Counted from the stretch's first letter, positions 38,175 to 50,100 are shown. The stretch: 64,000 bases of DNA from Guillardia theta CCMP2712 (GCF_000315625.1 NW_005434614.1:126573-190572); one strand, 5' to 3'. Notes: generated from the sequence alone by a model not told the origin. Translations and numbers: made by a program.

Positions 38175-38580
38175 AGAGAGAGAAGCCGAGGGAGGAGAAT
38201 AGGCAGGAGGAGCAGGGAGAGAACTTGAGGGAGGAAGGAGACGAGGAGCAAAGCGAGAAGCGCATCGAAGAAATGGAGGGGGAGGGGGAGGGGGAGCACG
38301 AGGAGCACGAGGAGCACGAGGAGCAGGAAGGGGGGGGGGNNNNNNNNNNNNNNNNNNNNNNNNNNNNNNNNNNNNNNNNNNNNNNNNNNNNNNNNNNNNN
38401 NNNNNNNNNNNNNNNNNNNNNNNNNNNNNNNNNNNNNNNAAGGAGGAGGAGCAAAGCGAAAAGTTTAGAAAAAACTGGGAGGAGGGGGAGGAGGAGGAGC
38501 AGCAGCAGCAGTCAAGTGAGAGGTCAAGCGAGGACGAGGAGGACGACGAAGAGCAAAGTGGAAAGACAAGGGAAGAGTAG
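33058..38580 (+). CDS. Large TPR + PB1 + IQ-motif + pseudokinase protein with acidic tail
   Basis: TPRs (AVTFNNLGCFYKRRGKLHAALQYLDKALKIE; AIAYHNLAVEQEHLG). PB1 (LKVKCHYGEDVR..MKWRDEEEDLVTISSQQEL). Four IQ motifs (IQRLYRG, IQRIFRG, IQRRARG, VQAVLRG). Kinase fold with VCDLS and GLS replacing HRD and DFG. Introns join the parts in frame; 100-N gap in the tail. Confidence 0.75.
38340..38439. other. Assembly gap (100 N)
   Basis: N run. Confidence 1.
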
Positions 38581-38740
38581 GTGAAGGTTTGACATGTTGT
38601 ATTGATGAGGAGACTATTCTCAACCCATCTGTTGATGTAAAGTATTGTGAGACCCTTCCTCCTCCTCCCCCTCCTCCTCCTCATTCCCCTACTAACACAA
38701 CATTTGCTGCAATCGTCTCCTTGCCTTGCTTCCTCCCTTA

Positions 38741-40738
38741 TCAGAATCTCCGTTGGGACTTGGATGGATTTTCTCCTCCCCACCGGTTCTCCCACCCACC
38801 ACCATGACGACTCCCGTCCCCACCCTGTCTCTGCGTCAGCTTCCTCCTCCTTCTCCTCCTCCTCCTCCTCCTCCTCCTCCTCCTCCTCTCATTCCCTCCC
38901 TCTTCGCCTCCTCCATCCCCCCCGCGTCCCCTCCTCCTCCTCCTCCTCCTCTCACCTCCATTCCTTGTCTGTCGCCGCCCATCCGCCCCGGGCCATCAGG
39001 CGCGCCATCGTCCCCCCTTCGAGGCATGCCGCGATCGTTCCTGGAGGAGTGAAGATAGCTGCCGCCGTGCTGCCCCTGCCCGGACCTCTGCTGCTCTCCT
39101 CCTCGACCGCTCCCTTTCCCTCCAGGGAACTCGCCGCTGTCCCTCCAGCTCGAGCTGGGCTGAGTGAGCTGGGAAGGCAGGCGACTGTCGTCAGCTCTGC
39201 TCGACCCTTCCTTGACTGCGGCAACTTCGCGCACACCTTCACCAGGACGATTGCGACACCAGAACTACAGCAACTGTCACAAGAGGAGAGTGTGGAGAGT
39301 GAAAGGAGCACGAGGTGAAGGAGTAGAGGAAGAGGTGAGGAGGTGAATGAAGAGGAGGTGAAGGAGGAAGAGGAGGTGGTGGTGATGGTGGTGGTGGATG
39401 TCAGGAGGAAGAGGAGGTGAAGGAGGAGGAAGTGGTGGTGGTGGTGGTGGAGGAGAAGGAGGAGGAGGAGGTACTCAGTCACCTTGCAAGTGTGGTCATT
39501 GGCGCCGCTGCAGAGGATGTGACCAAGAGGGTGCCAGGCGAGGGACCAGATGCATGCTTCATGCGCTCCCTGCTCTCCACTCTGACGGGCAGCGATGGGC
39601 TCGTCGCTGTTGGTGGACCAGTAGAGGATGGAACCACTGCAGGAAAGTTGAGAAGACCAGAAACGAATGAGCAGAGGAGGTCGAGGGAGGGAGAAGGAAA
39701 ATGGAAGGAGAATGGGAGGAGGGGAAGGGATAGAGGGACAGGAAGGAGGAGGTACCTGTAGTCGCCCGTGACGAAGAGGGTCTCATAGAAGGGATGGACA
39801 GCAAGCGAAGTGACTTCGTTCTTATGCCCGTTGAACGTCAGCACGGCTTCGTTGGTTCTGCGCAGGTCGTACAGCTTCACTTTCTGGTCTCTGCCTCCCG
39901 TGAAGAACCAGTTGCCGTTGGAGCTCCACTCGCACGCTCTCACCGTGTTCTTGTGCGCATGGATGGTGTCCAGGCAGCTGCCGCTCCTCGCGTCCCAGAG
40001 CTTCACTTTGTGGTCCTTCCCTCCCGAGAGGATCAGTGGCTTGTAAGGGTGCCAATGGCAGCACTTGACATCCCAGTGGTGCCCAGTGATCGCCCGCTCC
40101 TCCGTGCCCGTCTCGAAGTCCCAGATCTTGAGCACGCAGTCGTCTCCTCCCGTGACGAACTTGAGGTCTGAGGGCGAGAAGCTGATCGATCGGATCGAGT
40201 CCTTATGCCCCTGGAACTTTTTGACCTCGTTCATGTTGTTCATCCAGTACTTGATCAGCCCCGTCTTGTCTGCTGACACCATGAACTCTCCGTTGTGGCT
40301 CCAAGTCATTGACTGCACAGACTGATCGTGCCCCTGCCAGATGGTGAGGAAGTTGAACTCGTAACCGTCCCATAACGTGAACTCCCCTTGCGAGTTCCCT
40401 GCTACCAGCCCTCGACCTTCGGGGGTCCACGCGATGGCGAATACGGGGCATCTATGGGAGTAGGCGTTGTTCTTGTTCACCGATGTGTCTGCCAGCTTCG
40501 TGGTCACGCAGCTCGCAGGGTTTTCATGGCAGGAGTAGGCAGGGCGAAGCTTCTTGTCGTAGGCCAGAGACGGCTGGATGTCTTGCAGGTCACGGTAGTC
40601 GCGGAAGAGAACGCGGGAGTGCAGGTGGGCGAGAGAGGAGGAGTTGAAGTCAACACACTTCCTCTTCGGCTGCTTCCTCCCCCTCTTCCCGTCGAACACC
40701 CGCATGAACCCGCTCACCTCCCCCTCCCCCTCCATCAT
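38741..40738 (-). CDS. WDR33: WDR33/PFS2/FY, WD40 subunit of the cleavage and polyadenylation specificity factor
   Basis: [84 protein letters not shown]; G/R-rich tail. Confidence 0.93.
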
Positions 40739-40764
40739 CTTGCGGCGAGCGACAGGAAGGACTG

Positions 40765-40900
40765 CATACCGGTCCTTTGAAGGGACAAATTGGGGGTACC
40801 AAGAAATAGGGAAGGAAGGGGTTCTATTAATATCGTTTGTAGGGGTGGGTGGCGGTAGGGGTGGTACAGTGGACTGGGACTCTGAGGCGGGGGAGGCGTC
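40765..40900. promoter_or_regulatory. Compact (~170 bp) bidirectional promoter region between WDR33 and FANCB-like
   Basis: ACCGGT, GGGGGTACC and GGGGTGGGTGGCGGTAGGGGTGG between two divergent ATGs (40738 and 40909). Confidence 0.5.
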
Positions 40901-40908
40901 GGGATTCC

Positions 40909-43900
40909 ATGAAGGAGGGATGGGCGGGGGGAGGAGGAGGAGGAGGAGTGATGCGAGCGAAGCTGAAGAAGGATACGACGGAGTTGGAGACAGGTAAGGA
41001 GATGATGAAAGAGGCAGAAGGGAGGCTTGTGCTGAGAGGGAGGAACAATATGTCCTCTCATGCTTTCTCTTAGGACAGTACGCTCACGATGGCAAAGACA
41101 AGGACTTGCGCCTGGTGGGTCGAAGCACGACAAATCTGAATACCAAAGAGGCAGAGATCCTTGCTTTCACGTTTGTGTACGATGCCTCTTGCAGTAGTTC
41201 TTCCTATCTTCTCTTGTTGCAGCTGCGAGACTCCCTGGCTAGTGTTTCCTACTCTCTTCGGCGAGTCTCGGATGCGGCAGAGAGCGACGAGGTCTTCTCC
41301 TCGCCCTCCATGCACGGGCATCAGGCTCGAGCCTGCATACTGGATGGACCTCTTGTTGTCCTCCAGGATCGCCCCTCGCACCTTGTGGTCTTCCATACGC
41401 AGCAGGTCTTGCGCAAGGGAGAGGTGACGGTGAAATGGTGCGTGAGCGAGATCGACACGTCAGGGGCAGGCGCCTCGGACATGCTGGCAGGCTTCTGCCT
41501 CCATGGCAACCTCGCCAGTCCTGTTGCTGTGTTGAGGACTGTGGAGGAGGAGGAGGAGAAGAGATGTAGGTTTCAGGTGCTTCGAGTACCCAACGGTGGG
41601 GTGATGGGGAGAGGGGGTCCCGAGCTACCTCACCGGTACGCGAGAGAGGCGACATGCATACTTCAGATCGTCTCGCTCACTAGTTGTCGCTCCTCCTTCG
41701 CTCTGGGCTTGCGGACCTGGCAGGTGCTGCTCGTGAGCTTTCAGGGGCAGGTGACGCGGACGGTTCAGTTGAGCGGACCTCCGAAGGAGCTGGCGGTGCT
41801 TGAGGGGTGGGGCGAGGAGGGCGAGCACGCGCGTCTGCTGTGTGTGGTGGAGGATGAGGACAAGTCGCTGGTGGTGATACACGAGTTGAGGGTGGAGCGA
41901 GTAGCCGAGGGAGTTGACGGGATGGTTCGGGTAAGAGCGAGAAGTCAGGTGGAGGATGTTTACCTTGGGTTGCAAATGTCGGAAGGGGAAGGGATGGAAG
42001 AGGAGATGGAGGAGACGGCGAGAGTGAAGTGGTCGGGCCAAGATGATGCCGTCGGTCGGTCAAGGGAAGATCACAAGCCTAGGAGCGAGCTTGACGGGCT
42101 GGAGAAAGTTTCAACTTGTCTGAGGGCGAAGCAGAGGAACTGTACTGAAGACTTGTTGAGGCTGAACGAGCAGAAGAGGAGGAAGGTAAGGTTCTGTCCT
42201 GCTCGCTCCTCCCTTGACGGCTCTTGGCAGGAGCTCCTGCTACAGCACGCTGCTGCCCTTGTCGCTGAACGAGCTCATTCACAACCTCAGCTGCTTCACC
42301 CCCCCCCTCCTCACCGTTCGTGTCGCCCGTGCAGCGCATTGAGCTCCTTTTGTGAGGGGCTGGTAGAGGCAGGAGCAGGGGCTGCAACAATTGAGAGGAG
42401 GGAGGAGGAGGAGGGAAGGCGAGTGCCGTGCTCGCATGCGCTCCTGCCGAGGGTGGTGGAGGTCAGGAAGGTGACGCAGCGGGACCGTCTGACGCTGGTG
42501 GTGAAGTTTTTGAACCCAGTGAGTCTCGTTCACGGGGAAAGGAGGGAGGAGGAGTGGAAGTGGAGACGGAGGTGGTGGGGGAAGAAGAGGAGGGGAAGGG
42601 GAGGGGAGGAAGCATCTGCAAGGTGCTAGAAATACGAGGAGAGGGAGCTGACGTCAGCTGCTAGTTTCCTTGTCCCATCGCTTTCGCCATGTTGAGTTTG
42701 TCAGGAGTTGAGGGGATTTCAAGTCGAAGCACAAGAGTGCAAGTGAGCCAATGCCTCGCACTCTCTTCCCCCGCTCCCCTCTCCTCTCCTCTCCTCTCCT
42801 CTCCTCTCCTCTCCTCTCCTCTCCTCTCCTCTCCTCTCCTCTCCTCTTCTCTACTCTACTCTACTCTACTCTACTCTACTCTACTCTACTCTACTCTACT
42901 CTACTCTACTCTACTCTACTCCTGTCCTCGCTTCGTTTTATCTTGGTCCTGCCCTCCCTTGCTCATTCTTCTGCAGAAACTTCAACCAGGAGAGGTCGGG
43001 GAACTTTCTTGTACCTCGCCCCTACCGCAACACTTGACGGACAGTCTTCTTGTCGACTGTCTCCTGCTCTGGACGTTTCAGTCTGAGATAGAGGCAGACG
43101 GTCTGATCATCTTCATCTCTTGCTCGTCTCTCAAACTCCCGCAGCGTCTTGCAGTGTCTTCTCAGCTCGACATGCGCACGTCATCGCTCAGGTCGCAGTC
43201 AAGGGGGACCGGCTCGTCGGAGCAGGTCAAGTCGCCGGCAATGACTCGCTTCCTTTCCCCCGGGTGAGTTGACCGACGTTGAGCTGCTGCCTTGTCGTCA
43301 CTCAACAGGCAGGACTTGACGATCTCCGCCGACATCCTCGTAGTCGCTCTCGCACTCTCGCTGCAGCCCTCCCACACCATCTCTTCGCTCGTCACATCAC
43401 TCCTCCTCTTGATCCCCCTGCCCTCTCCCTCTCCCTCTCCCTCTCCCTCTCCCTCCCTCTATGTCTCTCAAGCCTTCCATACTGCCAACCTGTCGAGCGG
43501 CTGGTTGGGCCTCGAAGTGGAGGAGGAGACGTGTGGTTGGACGCGCGCGCGCCTGCATGCCATGGATGAGACATCGCTGCATGTCGCCCTCAGCTCTCTC
43601 CGCGAGCTTCTCCCTCAGGTCCTAAATCCTCCTCCTCCTCCTCCTCCTCCTCCTTCTCCTCCTTCTCCTCCTCCTCTTCCTCCTCCTCCTCCTCCTCCGC
43701 CTCCCTAACATCATCACCACCACCACCACAGCTGATTTGACCGCCAGGAGGTCAGTGTGACATGGTCTCGGGTGCCGCTTGCTCGCTTGGAGGAGGACTT
43801 GGGTGGAGCGGTAAGCGTAGAGGAGGAGACGAGAGGGTGAATTGGAGCAGGTGAAGGCCCTGGAGAAGGAGCTGGAGATGAGCGTCAAGACTGTAGAGCA

Positions 43901-44053
43901 GCTCGAGGGAGGAGGAGGAGGCAGAGGAAGGGAGAGGTGAGGAGAGTGTGTCTGTTGTTGTCTCGCTCATCGTCTCGTAGCGCTTTGCAGTGGATCAATT
44001 CGCAGGCCGAGCTGGACGAGCGCATGTACAAGTTGCTGATGTTGGCAGCATGA
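40909..44053 (+). CDS. FANCB-like protein (Fanconi anaemia core complex subunit), divergent
   Basis: Colinear motifs resembling FANCB as I recall it: CILDGPLVVLQ, LPHRYAREATCI, coiled coil LEKVSTCLRAK..RKELLLQHA, VVEVRKVTQRDRLTLVVK, C-terminal WINSQAELDERMYKL. Confidence 0.55.
42775..42921 (+). repeat. Compound pentamer microsatellite (CTCCT)n(CTACT)n, intronic
   Basis: Direct inspection. Confidence 0.95.
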
Positions 44054-44199
44054 GCATCTCAAGGGACAAGAGCTCTATGAAGCTACTTGCTGTATTTGTA
44101 TCTTACAAGACAAAGGATTTGGATGAGCAACTGATCAAGGTTCTCCTAAGTTGACCATCTTCCTCGCCACTTGTCTCCTCTCTCTCCTACTCAGCTCCT

Positions 44200-46999
44200 C
44201 TACCAGCCTCGTCTTGAGCTCTTTGCCGTCTCCTCCATGTCGAGCATCTTCGCGATCCCAGCTTTGGAGTACTGCAAGCGCATTATCTCTCCCTCTCACC
44301 CCCCTTCGCCTCTTCTCACCGCATAGATGTTGTCCTGCGGCATCGCCTCTCGCGGGCTCGAGCTCTCCTCGATCCTCGGCGAGAAGTCGGCGAGGCTAGT
44401 CAGATCGAGATGAAGTGACTGCTCGCTCATCTCCTCCTCCAGCTGCGACATGGGCGAAGCCGAGTCCTAAAAGATGGTGAGAGGCAGTCAGGCAGGAGCG
44501 AGAGGGAGCGAGGGAGGAAGCGGAACAAGAGGCTACGACCTCAAATTCACGGCTTCGCACGAAGGATTGCTTGAAGATCTTCTTCTCGTCTCTCTTCCAG
44601 CCGTCGAGGAGCTCGCGGATCTGATCTCTGACCGCCATCGCCATGGCCTTCATCAGCATCGCGTGCGTCTCGTGCATCACCGTCTTCGTGCTAGCGGCCA
44701 TCACGATCGCCATCACCTGCGGATCTTGTTCCTTGCGCTCCATTACCGGCACCAGCATCAGCGACGTCTTCCCTACCCACTCCGAGCCCCCCAGGTCGAT
44801 CCTGCGATCCAGCCCCCTCACCTCCTCGGCGTGCTCGCACACCCAGGGCTCCCCGTCTCGCTTCCCCAGCATCCAACCATGTCTTCCCGTGCAGGGGAAG
44901 GTGATCATAGAGACCTCGTCCTTGGAAGCATCGGACGAGATGCAGTACAGCAGCGGCTCCACTTCCTCCTCTTCCCTGTGCACCAGGGCGATCTGCCATG
45001 CAGCGTCAGGGCGTGGGCGAGCAGCTCGCGCCATGTGCCTGCGCGATCTGAGCATCGAAGGCAGACATCCAGAACCTCGGGTCCTCCACCTGGGCAGCAA
45101 GGGAAGTCACGGACGCTGGGAGGCCCTCCGCTGCTCCTACCACACATCCTTGTTGGAAGAGAGTGACAGCGTGAGAAGCGATGCGGAGGACGAGCGCCAG
45201 TTGATCCTGCTTGACGTACAGCTGCTCGTTGTGATGCATTACGTTCCCCAGCAGCACCGCCAGCCACTCGGTCGTCTCCACGTCTGACTCGGAGAACCTC
45301 TCCGCGTTGCTCCCGATCGTCAGCAGCTGGACAACCGCGTCAACGTCGACGACATCGACATCAACAACAATGTCATCAAAATCAACTTCTACAATATCAA
45401 CGACAACAACAAGTTCATCAAAATCAACTTCTACAACATCAACGACAACAACAATGTCATCAAAATCAACTTCTGCAACATCAACGACAACAACAAGTTC
45501 ATCAAGATCAACTTCTGCAACATCAACGACAACAACAAGTTCATCAAGATCAACTTCTACAACATCAACGACAACAACAAGTTCATCAAGGTTGTCAGGG
45601 ACTGACCGCGCATGGAGTCGTGGAGTTGTCAAGGATGGGGACACAGAGGACTTCAGAGCGCGAGTGCTCAGACCCTCCCACCTCCAGGTCGAACGGGCCC
45701 AACGAGCCGTCGATGGTCCCCTCGTCCTTGACCTTCACTCACAGGATCAGCCGTAAGCCTCGCCCAGCTGAGCCCCACCTGGACCAAGCTCTTCTTCCTC
45801 AGCGCCTCAGCCGCTATCCCACCCTCTCTGACGTCAACGAACTTGACGCGCCCGCCGTCGCCGTCGGGGAACTTGCGGCGGAACGTCAGGAAGGGCCCGG
45901 GACTCTCCGACTACCTCGAGGAACTCGTTGGTCTTGGCATCCACCCACGCTAGATGCGCCGCGTGAGCCCCGATGATGGCGGGAAGCTTGGCGGCGATCT
46001 TGAGCGACATGGCGTGTCGCTGCATGCCGATGGTCTGCCAAGACATAAGACCATCTCACGTGAGACGATCGCCACCTGGTTGACGAGGTACAAGATCTGC
46101 ACCTTCTTGTCGTGATCCTCTGCATCGGGTCAGGTTCGGGGGCTCGAGCGACCTCGTTCTCACGCTTGGAGGCGACGGGCTTGTCGGCATGTCTTGCCAG
46201 CTCCAGTACGACTCGACTCACGGGTGACGCCATCTTCTCGCTCGGGGCCTCAGGCTCCCGGGCATGCTCGTTGCTCGAGCTCTCAGACGGTCGCACATGG
46301 TCGTCGGGTTGGGTCTGCGAGATGCTTCAGTATCGCCACGAGCTTCTCGTCCTCGTCTGCTACCTTCGCTCCTCCTCGCATCGCCGCATGCCCCGCAGCT
46401 CTGACCTCACGGCGAGGAGAAGCTGACGCAGCAAGAGAGGAGCGGGGGGTAGGCTTCTTCCTCGCGCTGGAGGGCTGTGAGGGGGGCTTGGGGTTTAGGG
46501 CTCTCTCGGTAGGGAGTTGCAGGCAAGGTTGTCGCTCGGGAGCGAGTCGAGTCGCCTGAGGAAGAAGTGTTGACTGCCCGTGAGCGACGGCTCGTCCTAC
46601 GGGGGATGACAGGGCCTGGTCCAAGTCTGTTTGGCAGCCTTGAGATTTCATCCTCTTTGCGTATCCCTCCACGCTCTCTCCTCCTTCCTCCCCCTCCCAG
46701 CCCTTGTCGCGCGGGCTCGCCTGAAGTTTTCGGCTTGAGGGCTGCAGGTCACAGGAAGTGAGTGGAGCAGGGGAGAGGCTCCGACGTGCTCGCCTGCCGC
46801 CTCTGCCTCGCCTTGCTCATCCTCAGCCGAGCAAAGATCTCACTCCACAGGGCCCATCGCTCCATGCCGATCGACCTGAGCTCCTCCCATCAAATGAAAC
46901 AAGTCCTGCCCCTGCCCCTGCCCCTGTCCTTGCTCCTGCTCCTGCTCCTGCTGCTGCTCCTGCTGCTGCTCCTGCTGCTGCTCCTGCTGCTGCTCCTGT

Positions 47000-47032
<33 letters not shown>

Positions 47033-47510
47033 TGCTGCTGCTCCTGCTGCTGCTCCTGCTACTCACTTTTCTACAAGCAAAACGAAATCTTCGAGCTCGA
47101 TATCTCCTATCAGCAGCGCCTCCACCTGAGAGTAAGCTGAATGAATGGCAAGGAGGTACAAGGACGTCGGAGTACTCGCAGAAAGGCATGCGATTTGTGG
47201 AACTCCGGGTCTGCAGCGCGTCAGAGCGACGAGGCTGAGGAGCTTGAGCTCACTGAGGTCTCCTGCGTGAAGTCGGGGCGATCTCAACGCGTCTACAGGG
47301 AAGGCGTCAGCAGAGAGTCGCAAGGAGGAACGAGCTGCCGCACAAGAGTTCGACTCGGAGGAGAGCCTGACGGAGGGAGGGAGGCGGGAGAGGAAACCAG
47401 GTCTCGCTTCCACCACATTCTTGTTCAGCTTGTGGTACATGACGTTCTCCCTCTCACCGCACCGCCTCCTCCTCCTCTCTCCCTCCTCCCCTTCGCCTGC
47501 TGCTAGCCAT
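44200..47510 (-). CDS. SAM-like domain + tandem GAF-like domain protein
   Basis: SAM-like: DIELEDFVLLVEK-ELRSIGMERWALWSEIFARL. GAF-like 1: EVLCVPILD..FSESDVETTEWLAVLLGNVM. GAF-like 2: GEPWVCEHAEEVRGLDRRIDLG...KTSLMLVPV..VMAIVMAA. Confidence 0.55.
45345..45590 (+). repeat. 39-bp minisatellite (TCATCAARATCAACTTCTRCAACATCAACGACAACAACAAG-like) x~6, probably intronic
   Basis: Tandem copies flanked on the - strand by a GTCAGT donor and a TTGAC..CCAG acceptor. Confidence 0.85.
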
Positions 47511-47734
47511 GGTGATGTTAGCAACGGACCGAAAAACGGTCAACGGCGGGGCGGGCCCGGGCAGGATCAAGAGGTTGGGAAAGAGAAGAGAGACGTTATC
47601 AGCTTATGTCAGAGTCAACAACAACGCTATGCGACTTCTGACGTACACTTGTTGCAACCACACATACATGTCAATATGATGGGCCCCTTGCTTCTTACAT
47701 ACACCAGTCACGGCACACATATATGACGGTGGTT

Positions 47735-49819
47735 TCACTTTAATGCAGCCCCAGGTCGATCATTGTGAAGCAGATCCGACAGCGAGAGCTTAGCTCGGTT
47801 GGCCTCGTACATCAACGAAGTCTTGGGAAGCACGCTGCTTCTGTTTCTCACCTTGCCTGCCTCCGGGTTCAAAGCATCGTCTGTCTTGGGGGCCTCATAC
47901 AGCTTGGCAGTTTCCTTCAGTCCTGTCCTGGGTTGCATCGCCCGAGGATCAGGCGAAGCTCTCCCGTCCTCCTCCGTCTCTTGCAAGCCAGCCGAGGCTC
48001 CACTGAAGAACGTCTGCCAGGCTTCCAATCCCACCTTGTCTTCACCTGTGGGGAATAAGCCATCGAGCGCGAGGAAGCAAGGAGCTCACTGCTGGGGTTC
48101 ATGTTGTTGAAGATCAGCTTCACGACGTCGTCGGACACAGGGAGCTGGAGGATCTGCACGGCTGCCAGCAGGTCTTCAACAGAGATGAGGCGATCTCGAT
48201 CCACGTCGATTCTTTCATCAGGTCAGTTCGTGTCAACCCGCAACATCTACAATCAAACACCTTTCAAACCCCTCGCTTGGCTGCTTTCCCTTGTCACAAA
48301 GCTCTTGCTTGAGAATCTTGAAACCTCGCTTGTATTCATCTGAGATGCTTCATCAAATAGAGAAAACAGAGGAAGCTTCATTGCATTGCACCAGTCTGAG
48401 TATTCTCAAGCATACGCTTCCTTTCGATGACCTTTCTCTGACTTTGCAACAGCTGCGAGTGTTTCTCCAACGTATCATCGATGAGGGAAACGAGTCGACT
48501 CGAGTCATTCACAAGCAGTGCAGGAGCTTCGAACGACATGTTTGCCATCTCGTCGATGAAGAGGAGCAGGAGGATCAGCAAAGGAAGAAGCCCGATAGAG
48601 ATGTAACTCCCGTGATTGCTTACAAACATAAAAGTGTATGTAAGGAGCAGAAAGCCGATCGTTGTGACCATCCGAGAGCAGCTGATGATGTCTTTGAAGC
48701 CATGGCAAGACTTGTTCAACTCAAAATCATCCAGCGCGCTCCACAAGTTCTCTGTCCCTCTCTGAAGAAGAGGGGTCGACATAGCGTCCGGCAGCAGCGC
48801 CATGTAATGTTGAGTACACCAAGCTTTGATGACGGGGACAGCAGCGATGCTGGAGAGGTTCTGATGAGCAGAAGTCAGAGGCATCAGCAGCTTGAGCATC
48901 GAGTCTCCTGACCTGAAGCTCCTCAAGCTCCCTGTCGCTCAAGACTTCTCGTTGCGAGAGGAGCTTGGCGAGGTCGTTGGCTTCCGCTGGCGTCACGCGC
49001 GAGTGATCTCTCGGCGGCCCAGCTCTCGTCGCCTCGTTTGATTGTGCAGCAGCCACGGTGAAAGCGTACAAGGCGACGCTATGGCGGAAGTAACGCCACC
49101 TGCGATCCAAGGCGTTCAACCTCACTGAAGCATCTGAGCAAATATCACCCCTCGATCGCGTCGCTCAGCACATGCGACGCCTCGTTTGCCAGCACTTGCA
49201 GTCGGCTAGTCGCCTTCACAAGAGATTTCTCGACAGACACGAAATAAACAAATCCTGTGCGGCACGTTAGAAGTATGCCCCGTATGTCGATATCTACCCG
49301 TGTAAAGCTTCAGCAAAACCATGAGAGACAAGACGAAGCTGACTTCCAGCGCCAAGCTCGATCGCATCGAAGCGCTACCAAGGGTGGTGAGACTTTCATC
49401 CACACACAGGCGATATGAGTACATGTTCCAGTCAGTTGGAGTCAGCCGATTGCGAAAATATACAAGAACTGCATGAAGCAACGCAGAAATCCAAAGCTCA
49501 GATCGCAGAAATGCTTTCTGTTTAATGAAGACATCAGAGTGAATAAATCTTCTCATCATGCATGTGGAGACATCAATTCATCATGGGGGGATAGTGACAC
49601 CTTTGTCACGACCAGTCTGCAGCGCCCGAGAGCTGCCATGTAGATGTGCTCGTTAGCCTTCATTCGGATCTCCAGCAAGGCTGCGGCTCTCAGATACCAG
49701 GGAGAGGAAGTGTAACTCTAACGCATCAACAAGCCATCATGTGCTCCTATCATTGTGATCCACCACCCGACCTCTTTGCTTGGTTCGACCGCCCATCGCT
49801 GTTCCTCTACACTCTTCAT
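47735..49819 (-). CDS. Bestrophin-like membrane protein with C-terminal EF-hand-like motif
   Basis: Hydrophobic helices (ELWISALLHAVLVYF; LEVSFVLSLM; TTIGFLLLTYTFMF; IGLLPLLILLLLFIDEMANMSFEAP, akin to the bestrophin A..EDPF region). Also LSQREVLSDRELEEL and PVIKAWC. EF-hand-like DVDRDRLISVEDL. Confidence 0.5.
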
Positions 49820-49914
49820 CGCCTTCCTGCCATTCTTGTTGGTAGACCCTACCCGAGCCAAACGGCCGTCGGGTCGGTAAACCTCTAGTATCCTCTGCGA
49901 TATCTCTGTCACCT

Positions 49915-50100
49915 ACTGACCCCGAACTTGAACGTTACGGCCTTCAGTTGGCGGAAATGACAGCCGTTACGTATTCTCAGATTAGAAGGGTGGGTATATC
50001 ACCGTACCCCCTTTCAATTCCCCGCAAAGAGGGTTTAAAGTACGGGTACTCAAATTTTTCGGCGGTTGTTGAGGGTCAATAGGCTGAGGGGTGGTCAACT
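49915..50100. promoter_or_regulatory. Island upstream of the bestrophin-like gene
   Basis: CGTTAC/ACCG words, GGGTGGGTA, TACCCCC, GGGTAC, GGGGTGG. Confidence 0.45.

Noticed and set aside
37278-38795. Long antisense ORFs (505 aa here; many poly-P/S/G/R ORFs elsewhere)
   Set aside because: Reverse-frame shadows of Glu-rich exons or microsatellites; some span N gaps.
45345-45590. S/T-rich mucin-like or V/D-rich repeat protein ORFs
   Set aside because: Translations of an intronic minisatellite bounded by donor and acceptor sites.
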